From contig FLMG01001604.1 of NCBI GenBank assembly GCA_900088475.1, positions 1 to 50,413 on the forward strand: a DNA stretch of 50,413 nt, in the 5' to 3' direction. The stretch comes from Hyphochytrium catenoides. Taxonomy: Eukaryota; Protista; Hyphochytriomycota. A program made the translations under genes and the position numbers. The notes beneath the pieces were generated by a model, which was given only the letters and a program-made list of their open reading frames with translations, was not told where the DNA came from and did no database searches. Positions within the stretch are counted from its first letter, which is position 1. Each line of letters begins with the position of its first letter. This document shows positions 1-11,000 of this stretch, piece after piece.

Positions 1-347
1 AGAGAGAGAGAGAAAGGGAATGAGAGAGAGTGAATAAGATAAGCAAGATAGAAGAAGAAGGAAAGGAACAGATATGAGAAAGAAGTCCCTAGTCTGACCA
101 AGAGCTCTTAGTGACAAAGAGAGAAAAAGAGTGCACAAGACCGACGTGCAACTACGGACGGCGCGCCGCCTAAGACAATTCCGTGGACGAGCAGAAGGAA
201 AACAACGCCAAGTAGTTCTATCGACCGTGGCTCAGGCACAGAGCGAGAGGATTCGGAGGGAAGAGAGAGGCAACAAGTTAGCTGACAGGCGGCCGGTGGA
301 AAAGTACAATGACGGCGAAGGAGCTCCCCTCGTGTTCTGTCAATTAC

Positions 348-1309
348 CTTTATATTCTCTGATCCTGAGGAATCGTCTGCCAGGGTGTCAGGAAGGGTTG
401 CAGAGCTTGTCTCTGAGTGACCTTGTTTACTATCTTCTCCCTTGTCTCTCTCGCCTATTCTCTCCTTCTCTCCGTCCATCTCTCCTCCTTCCTTCTTGCT
501 CATCGGGAACAACCATGCACTACTTACCGTCAGCAAAGGATCATTGACTTTCTTTGATAAGTTGTGGACGAAAGGCAGAGTTATCGGACAGACTTTATTG
601 CCAACTAACGATGGGGAGAGACACAGAGTAGCTAAAGATATTATGATGGAGCACAGCTTGTTCTCTCTCTCGCTTTTCCTTTGAATGTTGCGGCCTTTAC
701 ACTTGTTCGTCTCCCCTCCCGTGTCTACTTGGAGCTTTCGTCCTACACTGTCTGGCGCGCCCCTTCTGGCTCCTCTCTAGTGTCTTCTCCTGTGGATCTT
801 CTCGTCCTGCACCTCTCCCTCGGAAGGGAAGAGAATAGAAGCTAACAGTTGCGAAGAGAGAAAAACAAAGGCATCGCAAGGGAGACCAAGAAGGAGGAAG
901 GACGGAGGAGGTAGATGAACGGCGTGGCGTGTGGAGAGACAGAGACGGAGGGCAGTAGGAGTACCCCACCGCGAGAGAAGCAACAGCACCCCAGCGAAGA
1001 GCGGATGGATGATGTGAGAGGAGAAGGAAAAGACTTGGGGAAAAGAGACAAGCAGCACCCTCGACAGCACAATAGCCCTAGGATCCAGGGAGACCTAGGA
1101 AAGGGAGAGACTAAGGAGAGGTCATGATCGCACTTCCACCTGCTGGCATCTTCCATTGTTCCGGCCTTCAAAGGTAGTAGGACCTGCCCCACATGCAGAC
1201 AAACAAGGCTACCTCATTGACATCCTCAGGCTTTTGGCCTGCATCCCACTAACCTCCTATCATGAGTGTGCAAGAGAGATCCATCTCCAGCAGGATCTTA
1301 TCAGCAAAT
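348..1309 (-). pseudogene. Disrupted intron-containing gene fragment with a PH-domain-like exon
   Basis: Segment 1309-1140 (AG acceptor, GT donor) reads FADKILLEMDLSCTLMIGG*WDAGQKPEDVNEVALFVCMWGRSYY[fs]LKAGTMEDASRW. The GRxYYLKA..EDA.RW part matches the PH-domain C-terminal strand and helix. It has an in-frame TAG at 1251-1249 and a frameshift near 1170. Further exon-like blocks lie at 631-528 (GTAAGT donor; TAA and TGA in the frame that splices onward) and 421-348. The flanks are AG-rich on +, as expected for minus-strand introns. Confidence 0.5.
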
Positions 1310-1622
1310 CTTGGAAAGGAAGAATGAGGAAACGAGAGTTAGAAGTCACCTCTGACCACGCTTCTCTCTCTCTCTCTCTCTCTCTCTGGCTTCCACGAGG
1401 ATGGACTGTTAGCGAACTAACGGGCCGGTAGAAGCTCAGTCTCTGCTGCATCACATCGCACCGTTTGAGGGCCGGAGGCACCCATGATGAGCAGCATCAT
1501 GATGTCGGGCGACCTTTAAAGCCCTTCGTCCTAGCTAAGAAGTATGGCTCTTGAGTTCATTGGAGTCCATAGATAATATATGAGCGTCTTTATATGAGAG
1601 GCAAACAGCCTTCTAGACCCCA

Positions 1623-1700
1623 TAACAAATGACAGGGTTATTACTAGCCATAGGTAATATTAGAAACCAGACTGCCTCTTGGTTGCTAACAAATGACAGG
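1623..1700. repeat. 14-bp direct repeat TAACAAATGACAGG x2
   Basis: Exact copies at 1623-1636 and 1687-1700. Confidence 0.85.
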
Positions 1701-2149
1701 CCTGAGATCCTCTAGCAAGTGGTGCTTTAATAAGCCTTGAGTCTCCCAGGGATGATCCTTCCTTAGTTGGCTGCTGGCATAGGCTGCTGGCTGGGCCTGG
1801 CTTGGCTGCCCGCTGGACGAAGTTCAGAAGAGCAGCTATATTAATATAAGGAAGGGACGGGCCGCCACTCTCACCACAGCAAGACCTGTGTCAGGGGTCG
1901 TGAAAATTTTCAGTTCGCCCTGGATCCCTGCTGCGGGCCGGGAAGCAGAAGACATCCATCATCTCTTCTTTGTGCTCTATCAGCAGCAGACAACAAAAAC
2001 GAAGGGGCGCATGAAGATCTCATCTTGGGAAAGAATAATGACAGAGGACGCTTCAAGATGAGGGACAGTGAGAGGAGAAATGGAGAGACACAGAGGAAAC
2101 GATTCTCTTTTTCAAAAGAGGGGAAGACGTTTGAGAAGAAGAGCCACAC

Positions 2150-3000
2150 GCTCGCATGGCAGGTGAAGACTAGGTACTTTGGCATCACATCCCTTGTACA
2201 TCTTGCGGCTGCGAGGTGCGTTTTCTTTGACGACAACGGGGATCGGCCTTCTTATTATCTTACTTCCATGTTTAACTCTTGTTCTCCTTTGGAACGGTTT
2301 GGGAGAGGACTTTGTAGTATGGAATCTTTCTTCCAGAGTAGTTCCTAGAGGATCATCTCACCAGAAGGAGCAGTCACGTGGTGAGACAAAGAAGAAAGAG
2401 ATCTTTCCAGTAGGATACTGATGGATATATAGTGGAATCTTCTTCTTGGCTTGTGGACCAACCCTCACATCAACCCACCCACGGACCTTGGTGCTGCTCC
2501 TTCCACCATGCACAGGACAAGCGTAGTCTATTATCCCACGAGCCCGTCTTGATGCCGAATGATGAGTGCAAGAAGTAGAAGGTTCAGTGCCAGGTGGTGG
2601 TGTATGGGTGGCTTGACGGTAGAGCTAGGACCAAGTGTATGTGAAGAGCTTATTATCACTAATAATCCAAAGCTCTTCCTTGGGACACCCCAGCAGGCCC
2701 AGCAGCAGACATAATGAAGAAGGCTCAAACCTCACACCTCCTCCTCAAGATAAATGCAGCAGGCGAGCCATCCCTGTGTTTCTGTCTCCTCGAATCTTAG
2801 AGAAGTTAAAGTGAAGTACCTATCATCACTCGGTACTGGTTCGGAGGAGCGACAGAATGCTGTTGAGCTTCACATACCAGTAACAGTCTCCGCTGTCCTA
2901 GAGATCGCGGCAGCTAACTTAAAGCTGCAGGCCTCCTAGACGCTGCTCAGTTTGTTCGAGGAGGAAGCTTGCTAGTTGTAAGGCAGATGAGTATTATGAA
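2150..3000 (+). mobile_element. Possible highly decayed hAT-family transposase relic
   Basis: Broken frames give motifs in hAT order: FFDDN...SYY..SMFN, ESFFQSS, then YW...AVELHIPVTVSAV...SLFEEE, which resembles the hAT C-terminal dimerisation motif (IPVTSA.VERSFS). There are many stops and frameshifts. Confidence 0.3.
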
Positions 3001-3360
3001 CAGCATGATAATGCACTGCCCATTGTGGTTGATAAGAAGAAGGAGAAGTAGATAAAGAGAAGAAAGATTAAGAGATGAAAGGAAAAGAAACAGTCACAGT
3101 CAAAGAAGAAAGAAGAATAATCAGAGAGAGAAGAGCGAACCTCCTTCTCCCGTATCATTTGTCTGTTATATCTCTCAACGATTATGAATCTGATGGTGAA
3201 GAAGAGGATGGACAGAGAGGAGCAAGCAGAAGACAGGAGAATCATGCCATGCTCAACAGCACCAGCAACAAAAGGTTGTTGATGAGGTAAAAGAGGATGA
3301 GCCTGTACCAACTAGCAGCTACTGCTTCCTCCTCTGGCGAAGGCTTGATGCGCGTTTGAG

Positions 3361-3438
3361 GCACACTCTCCTCACTCATTGCCATCACCAAACATAGAGT
3401 GCACGCTTGTCACTTATTGCCATCACCAAGACAGATGG
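3361..3438. repeat. Degenerate ~40-bp tandem duplication (core ATTGCCATCACCAA)
   Basis: Core at 3378-3391 and 3416-3429; both copies are preceded by GCAC..CT..TCACT. Confidence 0.75.
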
Positions 3439-4467
3439 ACTTGATGGGAACCATGAAGCCATCATCATGTTCCTTATTTATTCTTACTAGCTGCAAGGTC
3501 TTTCCTTCTTCTTCCATCTATTGTCAGCTACGATTCGAAGCATATGCAAGTAGAATCTCAAGGCTATCCTGATTTATATGGGTCACTCCTCGGCATCGCC
3601 GCGGAGTAGGGCGCTTTCCTTCGTCACGCTAAGAAGCACATCTGTTATAAGAAATAAGATCTTAAGCCTCATGGCAGGCCATCCTCATTGCGGTCGAGTG
3701 ACGCCGGACCAGCTAAAGGCATCTCTCCACCACCCGCCCAGCAGAACAATGATAGTCAACGACCTGCTTAAGGCAAGCAGAACTTGGTAGTATAGATAGC
3801 CTCTTGTGGCCTAACTCGCCTCAGAGCCTGGCTGATGCGTCGCTGGTGGCAGAGCTGCGTGGTTGGGCTTCAACAGCAACTAAGGACGCCTGACAGTTGA
3901 CATTATTTGTGCTTCTGCAACATGGTGATGCAGAATTCTGTACTCGAGGGGATGTTTGAGGACAAGTTCGGATGGTAAGATCGAATATTAGGTCACTCAA
4001 CGGCTATGTGTATGTTATCAGCCCTTTAGAGCCCCAACCAAAGTTAGTGCGGCAGTACCTTAGGACACAGTGGTCTAGAATCGTATCTCTACCTTGTAGT
4101 TTGGGCTTACATTCGGGACTCGCCATCTCTATCATGAAGCCATCGTGCCCGCTGCTCTGATGACGATGGCCCAACAAGCTTCTGACCGAGCTCTAGCGGC
4201 GCTTCTCGCATTCTCACATCACGGTCTCATCAAGCCGCGTTTGCACGGGTGTGGCTTTCTGCTTGCGTCGCACTAGAGGTCGAAGGACGTGAGCAGGGGT
4301 TGCTGTGGAGGTTTCAGGACAGCATAGGGGGGAAGGGCACGAGTCGCATTGTCATCTGCCGTAGACCCTCAGCTTCGTTGCTTTGCGGGGAAGGTTGAAG
4401 TTCGGCAGACGCCTCTCCGCGGGGATCAGCTTAAGTAGACCCTATCTGTCCACCTAGAAAGAGCAAC

Positions 4468-7400
4468 ATGGCCCAGTCTCTAGTCCAAAAGGTGAAGCGG
4501 CAGATGGAATTCTATCTTGGGGATAGTAACATGAGGTGCGACCACTAAACGATACTTTACTTCGCGAGCAGTTGATAGCAGGAATATCTGGGTTAGAAAG
4601 AGAAAAGCAACGGCCTCTTGTCTGTCAAAGCGGGAAAGCCACCAGGGCAAATGGGAGGAGAATCGGCCGAGCAGCAAACAGGGACGGGCAGAATAGGCCA
4701 AGGGAATCGGAAGGGCAGTGTTTGACGAAATCGGGTACAAGGAATTGAGGGCTGTGAAGTGAGAGGTGGAGTGGCGAGAGTAAGAGTGGTAACGGAGAGT
4801 CTAAGTTAGCGCATGCAGGGTAAGGAGACGACCTTTAGGTGACAGTGTGTGGGCCAAGTAAAGGGAAGCTAAGGTTTTGATGCCATAGGATCGACAAGTT
4901 TCTGCAGCAGAAGGCGGAGGAGGATCCACTGGGTGAGGGCTGGATGGACTTGGGCATGTTTGAAGGCTTCAACAGGTGTGAGAATATCCTGAATGGACTC
5001 GATCTCTCTCTGTCTCAAGCTTCAACCCCTCTTCGACTTAGACCTCCACTACCTGTATATGCCTTCCGCTCTAAGCTTGCCAACATCGTTGTGGGCTTGA
5101 GTCTATATATATCAGTTGCGCTATCTATGCAACTCTACCCTCGCGTTCCCAACGCCACTTCTTTTGATGTTAGGGTAAAGCAGCTGAAGGCTACCGCCGA
5201 TAACATACGAGAGGCCGTTGCGCATTCAAAGCTCCTAGTCCTTAGCGACGATGGTCAGCGCGTCAGAAGAGTCAACCCCGTGCATATGCCAGGGGACCTT
5301 GACGGTAGGGAGTAGAGAAATACTTTCATAAAAGACGCCAAGTTTTCATGCCTCTTTAGGGAACTTGCAGTCCACTATCGTCCACTTCGTGATCGTGGAC
5401 GAAGGGCTTGTTCTTATTTCGCACTGAGACTCCGCCCTAGTTGAAAAGCGCTGTGATGGGCACGTTGATTGTGCCTGCTTGCCGATTAATGCTTACCTCT
5501 ACTACCGTCAACTATTGCGGACTCACCCTCGTCGGCCACATACGTCTCTGATACATCTTGATTGTGGCGTTAGATCTGCCTTGACTTTCCTTTTCATATT
5601 TAACTCTTTTTCCGATCCATGGACCAGAACGGACTCTATACATAGAGAACTTTCCCGAGGGATTGGAGCACGATGATATCAAGAAGGCATTCAAAATTTA
5701 CGGGAAGGTAAGATGAGGCTTGTCCCCGGGTTTGTTAAGAGTTCCACTTTGCCAAACAACCACAATGTCTCTTCACTCTCTCTATGATATGGTTCAGCGT
5801 GTCTCAGTCACTGTTACCCTCACGTCAGTTTCTGTCGGTGACTGTTTGTTTACCTTGTCAAGCCAAAGTACTTGGCTCAATAACGAGGAGAGCGGTTGGT
5901 AGCTCCACCAACTTAGAAACTTTTTGGACTCCGGTCACCTGAGGTCTATTGTCTGTGCAACCCTTCAATCTCATATTACCCTTCCTGTTCTCTTTGCCTT
6001 TTGCGGCGTTCCTCAGGTTGCTCTAGTCAGTATGCCACGGTATACAGACACCAGAAAGTTCAAAGGCTTCGCTTTCGTCGAGTTTACCTCCAGGGAAGCA
6101 GTGGAGCGAGCGGTTCAGGACTCTAAGCTAGGTCCGAGCTTACTCTCTTCCCTTTAACTCCGCCCACAAGTGCTCTCTGCTTTACGTGTTCCACTAATCA
6201 TTCTCGTCGCCCGTCTTGTGCGGATAGACTCCACGTCGTGCCAGGCAAAGTCAGTCTCACAACCTCTTATTTTGCTCTTTATCTTGACTCATGTCCACCC
6301 ATCTAGTCCTTGAGTGTGGGTCACCTATGCTCTTGCATCTTTTTGCCGCAAGCACTCTAAAGTTCGTACTATCGCAATCCTTGACATCTTCCTGACCTTT
6401 TAAATCTCCCTGTCTTACGTTGATGCAGAGGGCTTGGGGTTTACAGTTTGTTCAAAGCTGGAGTGGCTCGCAAGAAAGAAAGACAAGGAGGTCCCGAAGG
6501 GTGGCAATGAGGCCCACAATACGGTCCGTTACATGGTTGGCACTGGTTCTTGTTCCCTCAACTGCAGCAAGCTTCTTTGCCTAAGGGTCAGGCTGTGCGC
6601 GTCAGATTGTTTCTCAGCTGACGATTCGTTATGGCAGGTCTTTTTGTTGTTGTTGTGTACTACTTTGAAGTACTCTGCGCATTCTCATATAGCTCTGTTG
6701 TCTCTCTTCTCTCCGCTTTCGTTCTGAGGGTCTCTCTCGTTGTCTCCGTGACCATGTAGGATGGCATGCGGCATAGCATAGCTCTCGTAAGGGGCCTTAG
6801 GAACCACTCGTCGTCCTCTCTTTCCTCCTTGGTAGAACTACTTGCCATCATAGATGACTTGACGGCCCTCCTCAGCACTGCGGAGGAGCTTCTTCGTGAT
6901 AGAGTTGAAGAAAGTAGTGCTGGGAAGGGAGGGCAGGTGCTTCTTGTCAAGTATCGGACTCCGCTAGGCTGCATGAGGAGTAAGATATGTCCTAACACCT
7001 TTTGGGCCCTCTCTCTTTGATCCCGCTGTCCCCGCTCGTCCATCAGTTGTGAGTGAAATCTCCGTCTAACTATGTGTCCTCCTTAAGGTAGTCGTCTGTC
7101 GTCAACTCAAGAGTCTCTAACTTCTCTGTGGTTGCTTTATAGCTATTCATCACTACCAGGAAGAGGAGCGGCTAGTCTTAGAGGGTGCTCGTCTTTCGAT
7201 TGAGGGTCTCAAGAGCAAGGACGAAGAAGATAGGGCAATTGAAGCATTTGTCAAGGCAAAAGCCACCGATCTTCTTCATAGCGAGCCTATTTCTCTTCCG
7301 CCACGTCCATCATCCCCCTCTCACAAAAAGGCCAGTAATAGTGATAGAACTCAACAGACGGCAGCAACCCGAGGAGCAAAAGGGGGAAAGCATATAAAGT

Positions 7401-7552
7401 ATGCTTCAGAGAGTGAGGAGGATGAGAGCATGAAAGATGAGAAGACAGAAGGCGGCAGAAGGCCGATGGACACTAATGTCGTCTCCAAGCACAGAAATAA
7501 GGAAGATGAGGCCTCTTCTAGAAAGCAACGAAAGAAGCAGAGAGTGGGATAA
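4468..7552 (+). CDS. LARP7: La-related protein, LARP7-like (La motif + RRM1 + putative C-terminal xRRM), 8 exons
   Basis: Exons 4468-4535, 4889-4975, 5174-5304, 5628-5707, 6017-6131, 6429-~6536, 6760-~6979 and 7143-7552 splice in frame with GT-AG. La motif: QMEFYLGDSNMRIDKFLQQ...GWMDL...FNRVKQL...SKLLVLSDDGQRVRR. RRM: RTLYIENFP...YGKVALVSMPRY...KFKGFAFVEF. A LARP7-type VCSKLEWL follows the RRM, and the tail has KHIKY and a basic end. The La family call is firm; the LARP7 subfamily call is probable. Confidence 0.85.
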
Positions 7553-7752
7553 GGGCCAAGGTTGGCAATGGGAGCTCAGATGTCAACCAACTCTCTTTCT
7601 GCTTCAGCGTATTTATTATAGACAAGGACAACAATTCATCATACTATAGTGTCTCTTCTGTCTTCTGCATATACTAAACATTTGAACGGATGACGGAGGA
7701 AAGACTGACAAGCAAGACAACTGTGGAAGTCAGGCGCAATGCTCTTGATTAT

Positions 7753-9775
7753 TTATTGCTCTATTTTGATTAGGCCCGCCTGTAGTAGCTGACGAATCTT
7801 TCTAGCTGTCTTCTCGTCTCTCATGCTATCTCTCAAAGCGCCTGGATCCTGTGCACATCTGTGCAGTAGCTGGCGCAGCTCTGGATCAGCCAGAAGCTGC
7901 TGCAGTTCTTCATCCTCTAGAATCCTTCTCATTTTCTCTCTCTCACCATCTTCCTCTTTTAACGGCACTTTCTCCAACGTTTCTTTGATGAACCTTTTCC
8001 TCTCTGATTCCGAAAGGATGGCTGGTGAAGGTGAAGATGGATTCGGTGCCTCCCCATTCTTCTGCCCCAGCTACAATATAGAGAGTTGAAGGTGAGTTAG
8101 AAATGAGAAATGGCAGGCGATCTATCACATCCCTGGCGACTAGGAAGTAGCTTGAGAGATCAAGGTATACATATGAAGAAGGAAATGAAGACAAAGGGAA
8201 CCCGCATCTTCTTCTTCTCTCCCACCTTTTCAAAGTGGTCGCCCATAATCTTCATAAACTCCATCAAAGCACTTGTCACAAAGGAGTTGTCCTTCGCATT
8301 GATAGCAGTCATAGAGAAAAAAAGGAAGAGAAGCAATGAAGAGGTTGTGTCAAATTTTTAAGAAAGCACTCTTCTATCAACCAACAGAGAAACCATAGAC
8401 GCTGATGACGGTAATTTATGCACCTTGTACTTTGCCAAGGCTTGCGTAGGGTTGTTCTGAAGCATTGAGATTGCCCGCATAAACTCCGGATCTTGGAAGG
8501 CTAAGATAGGTGGAATGTAATGAGAGGAAGAGAATGAGTGAGTGAAGAAAGAGGAAGCAGACTCGAGAAACAGGGCGAGTAAAGCCTTAGAGGGACTATT
8601 GTTGAGGTCGGTACACAGCACTAAGTGAATCGTGACGAAGAGAAAGGGCAAACCATGCACTTTGCGAAAAGAGAAGAAGATTGCTACATATACACAGGGC
8701 GAGAGAGCAAATGGAAAAAAAGAGAGAGACTAATAAGAGAGAGACCAGAGAGAGAGAGAGGCAGAGGTAGAGAGAGAGAGAGGAAGAGGAAACAGGATAG
8801 AAAGGAAGATCCGCTACGCTACCTCTAGCGAGCAGTGGACTCTGAGAGAAGCGCATCATGAGCTCTGGAGTCATCCATTCTTCATAGAAAGAAGGGCAAG
8901 GAAAGAGTGTGAGACCAACAGGACAAGACATGCGCAGATTAAGCATCTTTTGGGACAAGAGATATCCCGATACAAGGGTCATTTGTGGCATATGAACAAG
9001 ACAGAGACGACACGCTGCGACAGAACAAGATGTCTCTAGAAAGAGAAGTGGCAGCAGGGCGAGAGATGGAGATATAGAGACAAGTAGAGATAGGCAGCAC
9101 TATAAAGGATCTAGAAACAGAAAGAGCCCTCTGAGTGCGGGCAAAGGTAGAACAAGAGGGAGAAATAGGCGAAGGAGGCAGAGGCAGCAGCAAGAGCCCA
9201 AAGAAGTAGCAAGAAGATGACGTTTCGGACGAGGAAGAAAAGAAAAAGCTACCGGATGTGTTAGCAGAAAGCGCCTCAAGAGGGTTTCTTTTTTGCTCTT
9301 CTGTCATTGACTGCTGCACCTCAGGCAGGATCAAGCTGCTGTTTGCCTCCTGTCTCTTTCTGATAATCGGAATCTCTTTCTCTTCTTTCTGTCCTTCTCT
9401 CTTGGCGTCTTTCCTCACATCTCTCTTCTCTTTGGTGCTCTTGGACTGGAAGAACCCTTTCTTGAAGCCCGAACCGAAAGATTTAGTCTCTTTCTTCTCT
9501 TCTCGAGCCTTCTTCTTTTCTTTCTCTCTCTTCGCTGCTTTCGCCGCTGCGAGTATACTATCCATCAGCGGTTCTTCTGTTTTCTCTTCTGCTGTCTCCC
9601 CCCTTTCTTGTTCTCTATTTTCTTGGGACAATATAGGCGGAGAAGACAGAGAGGACGCCGAGGCCCGAGCTGGTTGCTCGGTCCTTTCCGGCTCTGAGAG
9701 CTTGAGATCTTCTAGAGGTGGCAGATCCTCTAAGCCTGGAGTGTCTTCATCTGTTATCTCTTCAATGGTAGGCAT
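7753..9775 (-). CDS. STI1/DP-repeat co-chaperone-like protein, 5 exons
   Basis: Exons ~9775-9253, 8879-8823, ~8497-8423, ~8291-8226 and ~8072-7753 join in frame: MPTIEEITDED...FGSGFKKGFF...LILPEVQQSM...EWMTPELMMRFSQSPLLARGFQDPEFMRAISMLQNNPTQALAKYKDN...FMKIMGDHFEKLG...LQQLLADPELRQLLHRCAQDPGALRDSMRDEKTARKIRQLLQAGLIKIEQ*. The DP/NP helical repeats and the terminal L..AGLI are typical of STI1 domains. Confidence 0.8.
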
Positions 9776-10139
9776 CGTGCCAGCTTTTTCCACTCTATCT
9801 CAGGCTTCTCTCCGTTGGTTTGGCCACTGTGTGTTTCTTGTCGCCTTCCGAGGTTCTCGTTCACCCCTGAGACCTGAGCTGTGACGCCGTGACGAGAGGT
9901 CCTCTCTTATAGTCCTTTCCTCCGTTCCGTTCTTGACCTTCTGGTCGTGGAGGTTCTGAGAAGATTGGCTTCCTCTGTACTGCACTTTCAGTGTATCTGA
10001 AGCACTCTACCTGCTCTTCGCTCTGTCTGCGCCTCCGTTCTCTCTTCAGCTTTCCCTTCCTGTGTCGTTGGCTGACCTCTTCCTAAGCCCGCAGTCTGAC
10101 CGTGCAATGCCTTCTCACTCGCCTGCTATGGTCAACTGT

Positions 10140-10375
10140 CTGTCTCTCCCGCGTTCCTGGTGTCTCTCCTTCTTCTATTCTCGCTCTCTCTCCCCTCTCT
10201 CGCTCTCCTCTCTCTCTCTCTCACTCGTCTCTCGCTCTCTCGTCTCTCGTCTCTCTCGTCTCTCTCTCTCTCCTCTCTCTCTCTCTCACTCGTCTCTCGC
10301 TCTCTCGTCTCTCGTCTCTCTCGTCTCTCTCTCTCTNNNNNNNNNNNNNNNNCTCTCTCTCTCTCTCTCTCTCCC
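10140..10375. repeat. (CT)n/CTCG microsatellite region with an internal ~60-bp duplication beside an N gap
   Basis: The unit CTCTCTCTCACTCGTCTCTCGCTCTCTCGTCTCTCGTCTCTCTCGTCTCTCTCTC occurs twice directly before the Ns at 10337-10352. Confidence 0.85.
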
Positions 10376-11000
10376 CCGTGTTGCCTCCACGTTCCCGGCG
10401 CTGCTGCTGCTGGTTCGTGTCTCTTCGATTGGAAGCTTCGGGCGTACCCACCGCCTAGAGGCCTGACCACTTGTAAAACCGTCAAACCCTTGACAGGATT
10501 GGTTGCTCTGCATCCATCTGACACACTACGACGGTTGTCCACCCACCGCCTCCTTTCCGGACAATCCCTGCTTCTAGCTCTATCTCTTTGCCTCTCTGTC
10601 TCTCTGGTGGTCTGTCTCTCCTTGATTCTTCTCTGTCTCTCAACAAATTCTTTACTTAGTATTGTGGGAGGTTATTCTCACTCTGTTTCATTTACCTTAC
10701 CATCTCTTTCTCTCTTCTGCTCCATCTCTCTCCTTACTCTTTCTCTCTCCAGGTACATCATTTCCACCTCATGCCTTGATGAGTCTTCCTTCTCTCTGCG
10801 CAGAGTCCCGCTCTTTCATCAAAGGACACAGCCGCGCGCGCTCGGAGGTCATCACGTCTGAGGTCTCAGGTTGGTGGCAAGAAGCAGGAAGCCAGACAGA
10901 GAGAGAGAGAGAGGTGCAAGGCAACAAGGGCAAAAAGGAGAAGAACACAGCATAAGAGAAAGCGAGACGGGGTGAGAACACAGAGAGGGAGAGAAGGAGG

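Noticed and set aside
1483-1510. ATGATGA C-box snoRNA candidates (also ~34506-34515)
   Set aside because: No convincing D box, terminal stem or rRNA-complementary guide found.
9258-9884. 208-aa + strand ORF
   Set aside because: Antisense to exon 1 of the STI1 gene and low-complexity S/F/L.
10196-10336. ~60-bp tandem duplication as a biological repeat array
   Set aside because: Low complexity and directly beside an assembly gap, so it may be an artefact. It has no spacer structure, so it is not CRISPR-like.
10062-10861. Several long ORFs rich in S/L or R/E
   Set aside because: They are translations of CT/GA microsatellite spanning an N gap, not real coding sequence.
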